64,000 nt of DNA. Origin: Mytilus californianus (taxonomy: Eukaryota). Every line of letters starts with the position of its first letter. Position 1 is the first letter of the stretch. This document shows, one piece after another, positions 26,128-39,740 of the stretch. The position numbers and the translations under genes are program-made. The stretch covers positions 121,892,001-121,956,000 of the forward strand of contig NW_026262581.1 of assembly GCF_021869535.1 (NCBI RefSeq), read 5' to 3'. The notes under the pieces were generated by a model. It saw only the letters and a list, made by a program, of their open reading frames with translations. It ran no database searches and was not told the origin of the DNA.

Positions 26128-26499
26128 CACAACTTATTGTTTTTAAACCCATCTTGGTACCATCAGCCGCCACTTGCCTCTCAAGAAAGTGGATGGCTAT
26201 CCCCCCCCTGAAATCTTCAACCTAAAATTAGAAATAAAAAGACAATAAGAAATAGAAATGTACTTTATTTTGATATATCTATAATCACTGGTTGCAAATG
26301 ATTCTTTCAATCTCTTTTACATCCCACTTTCTGAATACCAATTTCCCAAACCGCTGAAAAGACTATATGGTAGGAGATACAAGAAATCGAAATCAATGAA
26401 ACAGAGCTCCTATTATTTACAGGTAATACTTTAGAGACTATTAATATATCTCTATTATTGTGCTTTTTTTTGTTACGAAACACAAACATAAATTCCATC

Positions 26500-28028
26500 T
26501 CATAGATATTTAAGAAGGTTTTGGATTTCCTTTTCCCTCGATTGAGGTGCATACATCGTGTCATAAACCGTGATTGTCTTTCCATTGCTGTTTGATACAC
26601 ATAGTTTACTCTGATCTACTGAGAAACATATAGCAAACGGTCCATTTATAGCATCCTCTTTTGACAAAGGTACATCCAAACTGATGCCGTCTGAAGATAA
26701 ACGATGAATATTATTGGATCGATGGCCAGCGACATAAATGTTGCCACGAGTGTCTGTAACAATATTTCTAGGACTAGCTAAGTTTGATACATCTTGACAA
26801 AACACATGGCGCCCATCCGGTTTCATGCAATAAACATAAGTACAATCCGAATAATAAAAATCCCCATTTTCTCTGGGATGTATATAAAATACACTCATGC
26901 TAGGTACAGTTATTTCACTTAATTTAATACCGTCGGTATCCAATATTTGCAAGCTGTTCTTCCCACCAACAATAATTTTCTTGCCAATTGCTGCGATTCC
27001 ATAAACTCGCCAATTGAATTTGACCATTTTACCTGCTACCATACTGTTGGTGTTGATAAACTGAATTGCATACAAGATTGGCAAAGTTGCAACAGCTTTT
27101 CCTTCTCTTTCGCGGGTGATTGCTACGTCCCAAGGTTCACCAGTCAGTTTACAATCTTGCAAGTATTTTCCCTCTAGAGTGCAGATGATTATATTGCATT
27201 TACCGCCACCACACAACAGCAAACGATTGTCGTCTGTAGCTGCTATACCAGTTATCATAACATCTTGCTTTACGTTTACATCAAATTTATAACTAAAATC
27301 AAATCCTTGTATGAAAGACTCCCTCTGTTCTACTTCTTTGATATGTTTTTCATCCATGTTGAACGATGTTTTGGTATCTGATGATAATGATATAGACCCA
27401 AATGAACCAAGACTATCTAAGATGTCTCCGTTTTCTTGAAATACTAATGATATCGTGCCAGTTCGAGATTTCATATGTAGAATTCTTTCTTCAATACCTG
27501 TAATGTGTTCTTTTATAATATGGGCAGCTAGAAAGGTGTGTCTGTCTGAACCATGCTGTTTTTCAAATTCTATTTGTTCTTTATGAGACTTCACTAAGTC
27601 TTCGGTTTGTTGAAGTTTTCTTGATTCTCTTTCTAGCTTGGATTTTCCGGATTGTTTTAGGTTTGTCAGTTTGTCATACAATTCTTTTTCAATTACGTTC
27701 ATGCGTTCTGTTACCTTTTGTCTAAGTCTAGATACCGTATTCCGAATAGCTATATCCTGGTCTTCTACTTGTTTTATATTTTGCAGCTTCTTCTGCCGTA
27801 TTCCATCTAGCGACTTGTGTATATTTTCTAGCTGTGACAGAAGATCGCTGATACTTCTTGATTCTTTGGCACCCTTAGCAGCAATATCTATTGGAATAAT
27901 GTTTGCACATGCACGGTGATTATGGGTCATACAGTTTTGACAACATATAGCGTCGTGGAACAAGCAGTGATATTCAAGTCTCTGATTGGTATGTTTTTTG
28001 CAGAACTGGCTTGATGATTTCATCAAAG
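26500..28028 (-). CDS. RING-less TRIM-like protein, terminal exon: B-box2, coiled coil, NHL-type beta-propeller
   Basis: Acceptor tctttttcAG at 28030-28029. B-box CKKH..LEYHCLFHDAICCQNCMTHNHRAC, a long heptad region, and NHL-like blades GEPWDVAIT, SPRNIVTDTRGNIYVAG and GPFAICFS. Stop at 26500. Confidence 0.9.
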
Positions 28029-29102
28029 CTGAAAAAGAATGCAATAAAAAATAAGATGTACACATTTGTATATGACACGACAAACTTACCATAAGCGTAA
28101 AGAAATAAAGTCATGATGAAAAAATCGTACTTCAAATAATTATAATTGAACTCAGCATATTTCAAATATTTACTGTCATAAAAAACCTGTTTTTAGTTCT
28201 TATTTATGCTAACAGTTTAAGGAAAGAATAATAAAAAAAGTAACTCGCTAAACTTACTGTATCAAGCCATTTTTATATTGGAACCGAGTCTATACCCGTC
28301 TACCTTGTGAAATATTTCTATCAATATTGTTTTGTTGTATATTGTATGTAAATTTTTAAGGACTGGACTTTAAGTTAATGCGACATTTTAATTTTTTGAA
28401 GTTCAATACAATGGAATTTAAGAGGATTTGGTTTTATGTTAATTGGAGCTCTGCCAGTATTCAAAATTAAGTTTAAATACTTTTTAAATTCATATACAAT
28501 CGTATACTTTTGTTTGCAATTGACATTTTTTGTAATACTTTGCTCGTGTGAAATAATTTTTAGTTCTTTGCTCTTATCTACATCTCGGTTTGAAAATTTC
28601 ATCTTTTTTACACGTAGGACTTTTTAGAAAAATGTAAAAACAAAATTCAAACAAATACCCCCTCAGCCCAAAGAAGATAATAAAACAGAACTGTGAAAAA
28701 TGTCTTTAGTACGGTAAAAGATTCTTTATACTTTTAGTACATATAATTATATGTAACATCTATAGGGTGGCAATGGTAACATTTTTAAGCCAGATGCATG
28801 GAAAGGGCCATTCAGAATCATTACTGAAATCCAGGATAGGATAAGACAACGACAATTGAAAAAATCAATACAAATATCGAAAACAAAAACCATTAAAAGC
28901 TCACACCTATGACACCATAAGCTGAAGCGAAGAAAACACAAATTATATGTTTGTTTGTATATTGTAGAGGACCTTTTGAACATGTGTGAGACGTGCATAG
29001 CAATATGAATAAACTGGGTGCGACCGTTGTCTATTGCGCTTACACTTTTCTTTATTGTATGACAGGAAATAGTTTGTTATGAGAAGTATAAATGGCTCTT
29101 AC

Positions 29103-29277
29103 CTGGGACAGGAGTCGTCTTTGCTAAATCGATGTCAACAATACGATGTGACAACAAAGCTTTCATTGACCTATGAGAATCATAGCAGGAGGTACACAGT
29201 GCTTCATCACACTCAGTACACCATTTTACTGCAGGAACGTCAAGGCCTTTCCTGTGACAGGGTTCACAAGATGTCAT
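29103..29277 (-). CDS. RING-less TRIM-like protein, B-box1 exon
   Basis: CEPC..WCTECDEALCTSCYDSHRSMKALLSH is a B-box type 1. Donor G|GTAAGA at 29102 (phase 1) joins in frame to 28028 (PVP-A-LMK). Total CDS is 1704 nt, 567 aa. An acceptor tttgtAG lies 3 nt upstream of the ATG. Confidence 0.88.
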
Positions 29278-29384
29278 TGTCTACAAATAAAATACATTTA
29301 TTACATGGGTATGACAAAAGCATAGTACTTGACGATATTTTCTGAGTCTGAGTATGAGTCAAGTATCGTGGTGCAATTCACCAG

Positions 29385-29950
29385 GGCCCCCGCAAAGTCG
29401 GTGCCATATAGTAATCACTGTGTATGTCTGTCCGTCGGCAGTTTTATGTCGCACATAAGTCAATATTGCTCTCCAACCGATTCTCATATATTGTATGCAC
29501 AGTCTTTAAATATATAAAAGAATCTCTTTCGATTTTTGTGAAAATGGGTCAAAAAATTATGGAAAAAGTGTTTTTTAAAGCAATTTACAGAAACATCATT
29601 TGTGCTAGAATTTTTAACAAACATTGATACATAATTATAATATGTGCTTACCAAGTAGATTCTCGTTGTCAAATATGTATAGCAAAAATGTTTTGGGAAG
29701 AAAATTGTAAAATAATTGGTATTAAAACTTGTTTTTCGCTATAAAAAAATCTTATTTTTTAGAAACATCTATTTGTGCTAGGATTTCAACCAAAATTGAT
29801 TAATAGACATTCGGCAAAATTGATTATCGGTGACAAATTTGAAGTAACTAAAAACATGATTTGTTTAAACTGTTTTTGATTAAACAAAATCGCAAATTTC
29901 GGGAAACATCTTTTTGTCAGTTTCTCTTCGACTTTTTCTTTCAGTTTTGA
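29385..29950 (+). mobile_element. Probable decayed HINE-type element
   Basis: 5' CCCCCGCAAAGTCGG hairpin-like start, GTCTGTCCGTC microsatellite, and repeated AGAAACATC..TTTGTGCTAG cores. No clear 3' end. Confidence 0.4.
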
Positions 29951-31151
29951 ATGATTCATTGGTATCCTCCGCCTCTGTTTCTAGGATTTAAACGAATAAT
30001 TATATATAGGTATGACATGCTATTCCAAATTGATTGCTGTTGTCAAAACAAAACGGGAAAAAGTTTTTGTTACAAAATCACAAATTGTAAGAAACAACTT
30101 TGTGTGCAAGGACAGCACGAAAATTGATATGAAGTTATGTGAGTTGCAATTTCAAATTGATTCCAAGTGTCATACTATTAACTTGAACTACTAGTATATG
30201 GTATACGGGGAGTTTGGTAGATACCCTTTGGACATTAAATTAAAGACATATATGGTATGCTAATTGCCCGGCTTTGGCTATAACCTTTGTCCTTTTTGGT
30301 TTATAGCCTTTCATTTTTTTATCAAGTTCTAGATTCTCAACTAGTTTAGCATCAATCATCACTGAAGAGAAATGTATTGTCGAAATACGCATTTAAAGGA
30401 GTAAAATTGGTACCGTTAATATCATTATTGGTATAAATTAGTATCTGCTTACGAGACTCAGTTATCTTCTATCGCATACACACTATTAAAATCCCTATCT
30501 ACTGTCATTAATGTACTAAGTAAGGTTAGAAATATACTTGATGAATGTGTTTTTCAAATATTTGGAATAAAAAATTCCAGACAGTAGCCGCAATGACCAT
30601 GGGATGATACCAAACTTGTGAGAATTTTGATATTATATGGAACTTAACATGACTAATAGTTTGAAAACTAAACGCTGGGTTAAAACCAAAATAGGAAAAA
30701 AAGAACCTAGTTGTTCAAAAATGATAAAAAAAGATATATGAAGTACTCCTGAAAATGCCAGTATTGAAACATTGTTGTGAGAAAAACAATTCAAGACTTT
30801 CCCGTGTAATCATTAATTTTACAATTCCTCGGAGCCTCGAATCTATATAAATTATTTGTCTGTTTTTAGATTTAAAGATTATATTGTCCTCTTAAATGTT
30901 ATGATAAAACCACTAACAATTGTTCACCCATGTCATTCGTTTCTCATCAAATTCTTAAATTTCTTTAATCCGTAGAACTGAAAAAAGACAAGTCACCCCC
31001 ACTCCGATCTACCTAAGATGATAATAATTAAAATAAAAAACAGAACTAACCCTTAACCTAAAACCGCCTACAAAAGATCATCCCTATATTTGCAACAATA
31101 TATACCTTTCTCTATACAATTCAAACAGATTGTCCACTTTTCGGTTATCAT

Positions 31152-32110
31152 TTTACTCAGATTCAGATTCAGATTCTTTATCAAAGATAACTAATATTAC
31201 ATAAGTGTTCTCCATTACAAATCATATGATAATATACAAAACAACATTTCAAAGTTTTACATGTAGTATATAATAATACAACTGTACACATAATTTTTAA
31301 AAGAATTGTTTCTTGTTTCTAATGCATCCCTTATAAATATGTATAAATAATTACATTCAATAATATTTTGTGGATTTAAAAGTTTAGAAACTAAAAAATA
31401 ATTATTATGTGAATCTTTCAAATCTAAAGCATAAGATTGGAAAAAATAGATTGCCTTATATCTTTACATTTATGATTAGATATAAAAAAAATGTTCTTCT
31501 GTCTCTACTTCAGCGCAGAATTCGCAAAAACGTTCTGCTCTTGGAATTTTGGGTTTATTATATCTACCCCGCTCTATATTTAAACAATGAGCACTGATAC
31601 GTAGTTGTGTAATTTTTTTTTATATTTTTGGTAAGATTGGTTCCAAAATAGAAGGGAACAAAATTTGAAACAAAAAAATACTGAAAAGCATCAGTTTTGC
31701 TGTCCACAGCGCTAGCCCCAGATTGATTTTGTGTAGTTGTGAGTCAGATTGCTGATTATAATATCTTATAAGACTATTTTTAAAAACACCATTATCTGTC
31801 AAATCTTTTGCATCAAGTTTAAGTACTTTAAATATTTTATTTAGGGTAGAAAACCAGCATTTTTAGTTTTCTTGAGATAGTTCTTGATCTGCAGTAAATG
31901 CACTATATAATATTCTATCTCTATTTATTTTAATTGTCTCATATAATAATTATACATCAAATATAATGAGAAAATCAACATTGGACTCCTGCTACATTCT
32001 AGTCTACTAGCCATGCTTGGTGACTGTCTTTTGACCCCAAGGATTATATTTCAATATTTACTCAACATATATGTTAATAGTGAATATCGAAAATCTCCCA
32101 TTGGCAAACT
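31152..32110 (-). mobile_element. Old 3' fragment of an RTEX-like LINE
   Basis: The minus strand encodes ITQLRISAHCLNIERGRYNKPKIPRAERFCEFCAEVETEEHF (C-terminal Cys/His motif like that of 47062-47400) and ILGVKRQSPSMASRLECSRSPM. An (AATCTG)n tail lies at 31152-31172. Confidence 0.75.
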
Positions 32111-35100
32111 AAAGACCAAGAACACGTGCAGCGTCTGCAATTGTATATCATGTACTTTCATACTTACTTTCAGTATGGTTCCCCTCAATATGTATATCAA
32201 CGCTTCGATCCTTTCCTAACGTGCAGGGTTACAATATTGTTTGGTTTCCATATCTCGCCGAAATAAAGAGTGAACATATCAAATTGCAGATTAGGTATAG
32301 AGAAGTCGACATTCCCCAATGTGTACTTAATTCGATATCAACTCTATAAGTAAACATTAATTGTAATTGTTTTCAATGGCTTTTTAAAAACGTTGTCTGA
32401 ATGTGCAATGTGTCAAATGCAGACTGCCGTGACACACATATTTCAAATCTAATACTGTGGACCCTTGAAATTTTGTTAAAATCGAATTGGCTGAACTCAA
32501 AATATTTTGATTTTAAATGAGTTATCATATTAAGATAAATTCCAAGACATTTTTGGTGACTTTAAGGTTAGATGTAAACTCTAAATGTGATACATTGTTA
32601 TATTCTTGCAGACGAATAAAGATTCACGCCAAAGAATTGTCTTCAGGACTAAGACAGTGTAGAATAAACCACGCGTCTTACTTCAGTTAACACCCATTGC
32701 AATCCAATTTAGTTTATATGATCGTTTCTGAAGGAAGTGTGTATATTTATTCTGATGTTATTTCACTTTTAGAGCAGTCAGTAACCACAGAAATATAAAG
32801 TTTTTAGGGATCTCAGATATTTTATATATCTACAATTTCATTTCAATAGACACAAAGGCGCTCAGTGAGGAATGGACCCTCTTTCTCTATTTCATCTAAA
32901 GAAAAATAGATATTCTTTAATATTTAACCTGTTTTTACCTATTTGATGTGTTCTTGCTCGTATCCATACGATATTGAAATATCAGTATAGTCCTCTATAT
33001 ATATTGAACTCTGCGAGTGCCAAAACTGACTGCTTGGTGTAGAATCGCCCTGTTTATTTTTTTTTTGCGCAGCCTTACTGTTCGAAGTTGGCCGATTCAC
33101 ACTAACCTTTTTCTAAGAATTAACTCAAGGATTTGATCCTTGATTGAATTACACAATCCTTTCTGTGAACGTATAAGTCGGCCATGATATATATAAGTTC
33201 ATTTCCATCTGGGACCAATATCATGTTAAGTCCCAGTTTTAATGATGCACGATTGAACCAGAGACATAATTATAATACAATATTTCAGTATTCGGATATG
33301 CCTGGATAGTAAACTGCACATTGCTAAAATAAATACCATAGAAATATTGATGCTAACGTTAAATACGTTAATAATGTAATACAAATAGACAGGAAATACG
33401 AAATAAAAATTAAAAAAAATTAATCTGCTAAACGAGTCCTTGTGATTTTTACCATGATCTGGATTTCAAATGTTTAGAGTTGAGCAGAGACATACAATAC
33501 AATATTTTATCATGCCTCTGGTTTGAGCGCTCCTGATAAAAGTAAATCAAGAAAAGCGCATCGGATCTGTGACTAGTACAACATAGTAGTCTCAGTTCGG
33601 ATGCACGAAATTTATAAAAAATCTTAAAATTTACTTTGCACTTTAATATAACCTTGAAAACAACAGTAACGAACTACCTAATATGAAAGGGAAAAAAAGA
33701 TACGAATGACAGTGTTTACTACTCTCAGAGACATTCTTGCTCTGCTAATTGACTAAGTTTTAATTTGGGAGTGTTAAATTTACATCTCTTAGTTAGGGCA
33801 GAGAGTGTATATATGTCTCTGGTTAGGGTATCTCCAACATGAGTTGAATTGAAGTCACTGACACAAACCCATTTACTTGAGACAGAAACTGAGTTTTATC
33901 TAAGTAATAAGTAATACTATGATAATTATTTTCAATAAGGATTTTTACAGTTAGGCTATAAAAATCCTTGTGTTCAACTTCAAAGACTCCAATAACATTT
34001 TGATCATTTTTAACAATAATTTTTTGCATTCGAAGGGAGACAATACATCATAAAATGTAGCATTTCAAGGGGAGACTACCATAAACAAAACTCTAGGTTT
34101 CCAGCAGCATTGATCCTGTAGTTTTTCAAAAACTGAAACAGTAAGAGGTAAGTTTATGACTGCAACAAACATCATCCATTTTACAGTGCTTCAGAATGAT
34201 AGTGTAATATACAGCAACCGGAAACTGAGTGTCATTATGATATCTCAAACAGAAAGTGAAAGTATGAGTTATGTCTTATGATTCATCCAGTTCATTGACT
34301 GAAATTGTAATATATGTGCACAAATAACACAGTAAATATACTGTGTCCTAACACAGATAACATATGGTAGTTGTTAAACACTTATCTTCCAGAACTACCA
34401 AAAAAACCCATTATGTTGATACAAAGTCAAAGACAGTCTCTGAGATAGTTTTGAAATTTAAATTGACCCCCCCCCCCCCCACTTATACTGGGTGTAACCT
34501 ACAACTAACAGGCATATTGAACTTTCTTTTTCTTCTCTTTATTCCTGCAAGGAGTAGACCTCATTATACTTAAGTGTTTCAAAATTCAGCTCTGCAAAAT
34601 TGAAAAAATAAATAAATAGATAACATGGATAAACTAAATAGTTTAGATTTAGTGATCGTGCAGCTTCTGTTTTATCTTGCAGAAGGTTTCAATCTCTTAC
34701 AAAGCATGGTAAAAGGATAGAATTGCTGTATACTTCTATTGATACTCTGCTCTGTAGTATGATATATGGCCACCCCTTCAGGCCTTCTTCTACTGTCCCT
34801 AGGTGTGTTCCTGTATTTCATGCCAGGTTATTCTCCACTGAATGGTTCTTGATTTTGTTTCTGAATACAAATTGCTGGTTCATTGCCTGAACTTGGTCAG
34901 GGGTATAGAAATATAGGGAGTCTTTCCATGCCTGCCTCCGTCTGTCCCTTCTTGTAAGTGCTTTCATGCATTCAATTCTTGCCAGATTTTTATTCAATGT
35001 ATATCAAATACTTATATCACCAAACCAACTTGTTTGGGATGAGTTAAAAAGTAGTGTTCTGTGCTAATGAACTATTTTAAAGAAGTTATGCACTTTTGAA

Positions 35101-35849
35101 AGCACTCTTACCCCTACATTTCATGTCAGATTATTATGAAATATATAAACTATTTATCATATTAACGGTTATATGATAGGTCTTTGATGAGCTCAATCTG
35201 CACAAATTAATTATTTTTACAGGAGTTATTTATGCCCTTTGGAAATATAAATTATATCTGATAAATCAAAGTGTAAGCAGTCTCTATCATGCCTACATTT
35301 CTTGTAGGAGATATATATATATGTAAATGTTTAAAAGAACCAAAACAAATTTTGAGTAATTGCCATTTGACCGATAAGGTATGTGCATCAGGGGAGGATA
35401 TTGGAATGCATTTTTATTCTTATTATAGGAGTAATGCCCCTTGGAAAGTTTAAGTGTCTGTATGTATGGTCTTTAAAACAAAATTATATTTTTATCAAAC
35501 ATTGTCAAAAGGTCAATATTAGAAATGCTTTGGACAAGTTCCAAAACCAGTGCTGATCAATTACTTTAACAGGAGTAATGTCCCTTGAAAATATAAATTC
35601 TATCATAGTTACAATCATAATGGAAAATTGCATTGTAAGTGCTATCAAGCCTTCATTTTGTACATTACTCTTTAACAGGCTTGTCAGAATTTTATGAAAT
35701 GTTTATCATGTTTATATGTATCAGCAAAGACTTAGATCAGTTAAAAAAATCAGTGTTGATCAACTATCTTTACAGGAATTATTTCCCTTTGAAATGTAAA
35801 TCCCTGCTGCTGTATATCATATTTGTTTTTTTGTTCATTGTTTTGTACA

Positions 35850-36072
35850 TAAATTAGGCAATTAGTTTTCTTGTTTGAATTGTTTTACATTTGTCATTTT
35901 GAGGCTGAATTATTTTACATTTTTCATTTTGGGGCCTTTTATAGCTGACTATGTGGTATGGGTTTTGCTCATTGTTGAAAGCTGTACAGTGACTAATAGT
36001 TGTTAACTTCTATATCATCTGGTCTCTGGTGGAGTGTTGTCTCATTGGCAATTATACCACATCTTCTTACTT
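35850..36072 (+). mobile_element. SINE-like repeat copy
   Basis: GGGCCTTTTATAGCTGACTATG..GCTCATTGTTGAA...GTCTCATTGGCAATTATACCACATCTTCTT. Confidence 0.65.
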
Positions 36073-36261
36073 AAAAAAAAATGCATTATTAAGGATTTCA
36101 TGCCTACATTCCTTTAAATTGAACTTTTATGTCATTAATGTCTTGGACAAGTTCGATAATCAGTGCCAATCAACTATTTTTATAGGAGTTATGGCTCATG
36201 GAAATAAAATTGATATGGAAAATTACATTGTAAGCTATCACATATCTACACTTCTTTATAG

Positions 36262-36992
36262 TTTTTATACGCCCGTTTACGGGATGTATTATGGTATACC
36301 ATTGACCGTCTGTATGTCCGTCTGTCCGTCTGTCTGTCTGTCCGTCTGTCCGTCCGTCGTCAACATGTCGGACATTAACTCAAAAAAGCTTCAACCAATA
36401 TGCATGAAACTTGGGTGAATTGTTTATATCTATTGACGTGAGCTCCCTTTCGTTTTTTATAAATTTCAGATTTACCGTTTTCGAGTTTTGGGGTTTTATT
36501 CATTAAAAAAGGGGGGATTTTCCAGTTTTCCGACAATAACTAAAAAATGCTTTCAGCAGTTCTCATGAAACTTTGATGAATTGTTTATATCTGTTGATGT
36601 AAGCTCCCTTTAGAATTTTATAAATTTTAGATTTTACATTTCTGAGTTATGGGATTTTATTCATTAAAAAAGGGGGGATTTTCCATTTTTTGGACAAAAA
36701 CTCAAAAATGCTTTCAGCAGTTCTCATGAAACTTTGGTGCATTATTTATAGCTATTGATTACTAAGTATTGCACAACAGCAATAAATCTTTAATTGAATA
36801 TAAATTCAATTCATATAACCAATTTCAAGTTCTGTGACTACATTTATTCAGAAACCTTATAATATCTCAAATATTTAATTATAATCCAAATTCAGACCTG
36901 TATCAAGCTTGAATATTGTGTCCTTTTTTGCCCCAACTGTTCAGGGTTGGACCTCTGTGGGCGTATCCAGCTGCGCTCAGGGAAGCAGTTTA
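36262..36992 (+). mobile_element. HINE-type element, family A ((GTCT/GTCC)n, ~160-bp cores)
   Basis: 5' TTTTTATACGCCCG pairs with 3' GGGCGTAT; terminal hairpin CTGC..GCAG. Homologous to 55385-56343. Confidence 0.8.
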
Positions 36993-37095
36993 TTAAATGA
37001 TTAAAAGAACAAATTAAAATACATTGGATTAAACTACTAAATATTTATCATACTTAGGAAGCGCTATAATACCTGGTTTATAGTAGGGTGTTTGA

Positions 37096-38812
37096 CTTCT
37101 TCTTCTTCTTTCGTTAATCAGCAACGGAAAAATACCATCACGCTGATGCTGTGTCATCAAGTGCAGGTGCTGTACAAGTTGTGATCAACAAAACCGAAAA
37201 AAAAAATAAATATATACAAGTTTAAACTTGTGGTCGGTGCAGGATAAAAACAAGGATGATCTTTACAGCATCACTGTATCACTGTGTCTCTGGTCTCAGG
37301 ATGGAAGTGTGACCAGAGGTTTTCCTTGAAAGTGTCCGAGTCTTTGTCAGTTGCGATGTTTCCTGGTAGATGGTTCCAGTCTCGGATTGTTCTCGGGTAG
37401 AAGCTGAATTCGTATTTGGAGGTGTTGCATTGTGGCTGCATGATGCTGACTGTGTGGCTATAACATGTTTTCCTGTTGTTGAAGGGGTAGTATTTGGGAA
37501 TTTCTGTGGCTACTTGGTGGTACAGTATTTTCTGAAATAATATTAAGCAATTTGCTGTTCTTCTTGTTTCAAGGGTAGGCCAATTCAAAGATTGTATAAT
37601 TGGGGTTATAGAGCCGGGTTGGTAGTTGTAGTTCTTGGTTACAAATCTTGCCGCCCTGTGTTGTACCATTTCTATACGTTTGATGTCCTTCTTTCAATGG
37701 GGGTCCCATACTGAGCTACTGTATTCCAGATGTGGTCTTACCAGAGCAATGTAAGCGTGTTGTTTAATTTCTTGAGGGCATCTCTATAAATTTCTTCTTA
37801 TAAAATTCAGTTGTTGTGAAGCTTTGTTAATTTTTGAGGTAATGTGATGGTTCCAATTGAGCTTGCTGTCTAGCTCCACCCCTAGGTATGAGTTATGTTC
37901 TTTTAGTTCCAGCTTTGTAGAATGTAAGAAGTATGGTCTTATAATTCTATTACGGATGTTATGTGTTGTCTGTAGAACGTAGCATTTCTTTGGATTAAAT
38001 GACATTTTCCAATCAATAGACCACTTTTCTAATTCAGTTAAGTCTTTCTGTAATATTTCTGTATCATTATGAGTTTTGATGTCTCTATATAATAAGCAAT
38101 CATCTGCAAAGAGTCTTATGCTGGTATCAGTTGTTAAATTATCCCCAATGTCATTGATGTATAGCAGAAATAGAAGAGGGCCAAGTACAGTATTGTACGG
38201 TTGCAGGTTGTGATTTATAGCCATCTAGGAGTACTGTCTGTTTTCTATTTTGGAGCCAGTTATCTATCCAATTTACTGTGTACTTATCAATATCCTTGTT
38301 TCTGAGTTTGTGTACAAGATGGCGATGTGGCACGGTATCGAAGGCCTTACCAAAGTCCAGTATCAGTATATCTGCTTGGCTTTTATTATCTCTTATTCTA
38401 GCTAGATCTTCCGTGGTGTTGATAAGCTGTTGTTCGCACGAGTGGTTTTCCTGAATCCATACTGGTATGATGACAGGAGTTTGTTGTCATCCAGGTAGTT
38501 CATAATGCTACTAAAGATGATGTGCTCCATAATTTTGCAAGGGACAGATGTAAGAGAGACAGGACGGTAATTTGCTGGATCTGTTTTATCGCCCTTTTTA
38601 AAAATCGGGATGACATTACCGATGAGCCAGTCTGATGGTACTGTTCCTAATTTGATGGATTTATTAAATATTACCTTCAAGTATGGTGCTATTTGTTCTG
38701 CTGTCTCTTTCAGGATTCTGCAGGGAATCAGATCAGGTCCTGTTGCTTTGTTAGGATTTATATTTTTCAGCTGTTTGATAATTCCAGGTAACGACATATT
38801 TATTGGTTTCAT
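37096..38812 (-). mobile_element. 5'-truncated, frameshifted CR1/L2-group LINE (RT domain and 3' end)
   Basis: KATGPDLIP, NYRPVSLTSVPCKIMEH, DFGKAFDTVPH, VLGPLLFLLYIND, LFADDCLLY, YLGVELDSKLNW and QHRAARFV occur in three frames with a stop and a deletion of the GVPQG motif. An (AAG)5 tail lies at 37096-37111. Confidence 0.92.
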
Positions 38813-39740
38813 GACATATTTATTGGTTTACTCATGTACTACCAATGACTACCAACATGATCAAGGGTCAACACCTGATGTTTTGATATAAAAGTCTCAA
38901 ACTATTGTTTGTTTATGTTTTGTCATTTGACTTCTTGGCCAACACATTCTAATACTGGTAAGGAAGCATAATTAACATAAGGAAAAACATCATTCAAAAT
39001 CTTAATTTTGCTTTCATGTATGAAAATTAAACATATGCTTTCATGCAATATCCTTACATTAGTGTGTAACAACATCTAATGTGACACACTCCAAGGGTGA
39101 CTGGAGTTTAGAAATATGGTCACTTGGTCTTCTACCAACAGACCCTTGCCAAAGTGGTGCGTCCAGTTGGCTGTGCATGATGTATAATTCATAGTCACGT
39201 CAGGGCTGAACAGGGAAGTTTAATCTTATGCCTTTTGTAGAGAGAGTGCCACACACTCTACATGTTAAACTACCTTTGCAACAACTCTTTGAGACAGGTC
39301 AGTAGGTGGCCTCTTGAAAAACAAAATTTCTGTCCTTATCTAACACACTCTAATTTTCCAGTGCCATTCCAAATTTCCCACCCTCATCCCAGTCAACCCC
39401 TACCTTGCGGAACCTAATTTGTTCTCGTCTTAGACATGCATGAAATATTTGACACCCTCTGTCTATGATCATGATGATATTTGTGTACCTTAGTTGATTT
39501 GACATGCATGTAAGGTAATTTCCAAGGGGAATATATTTATGGGGAATTTGTTTGGGAGACATTGAAACAGCATCCAGTTAAAATCATTTCTTGTTAAAAG
39601 TACTATTAAGGTTTGCTTTAGTAAGAATGATACAGGTCATAATGAGGTGAATTAGTTTCATTTGCATATATGTAGAAAAATCTGGATTGAAATATTTAAC
39701 AACCAAATTATCAATTTAGAATGACATCATGTATAATGAA

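Noticed and set aside
34690-34990. Minus-strand coding-like stretch (MKALTRRDRRRQAWKDSLYFY..., MKYRNTPRDSRRRPEG...) with possible splice sites
   Set aside because: The frames are short, contain stops, and show no recognisable domain or partner exons.
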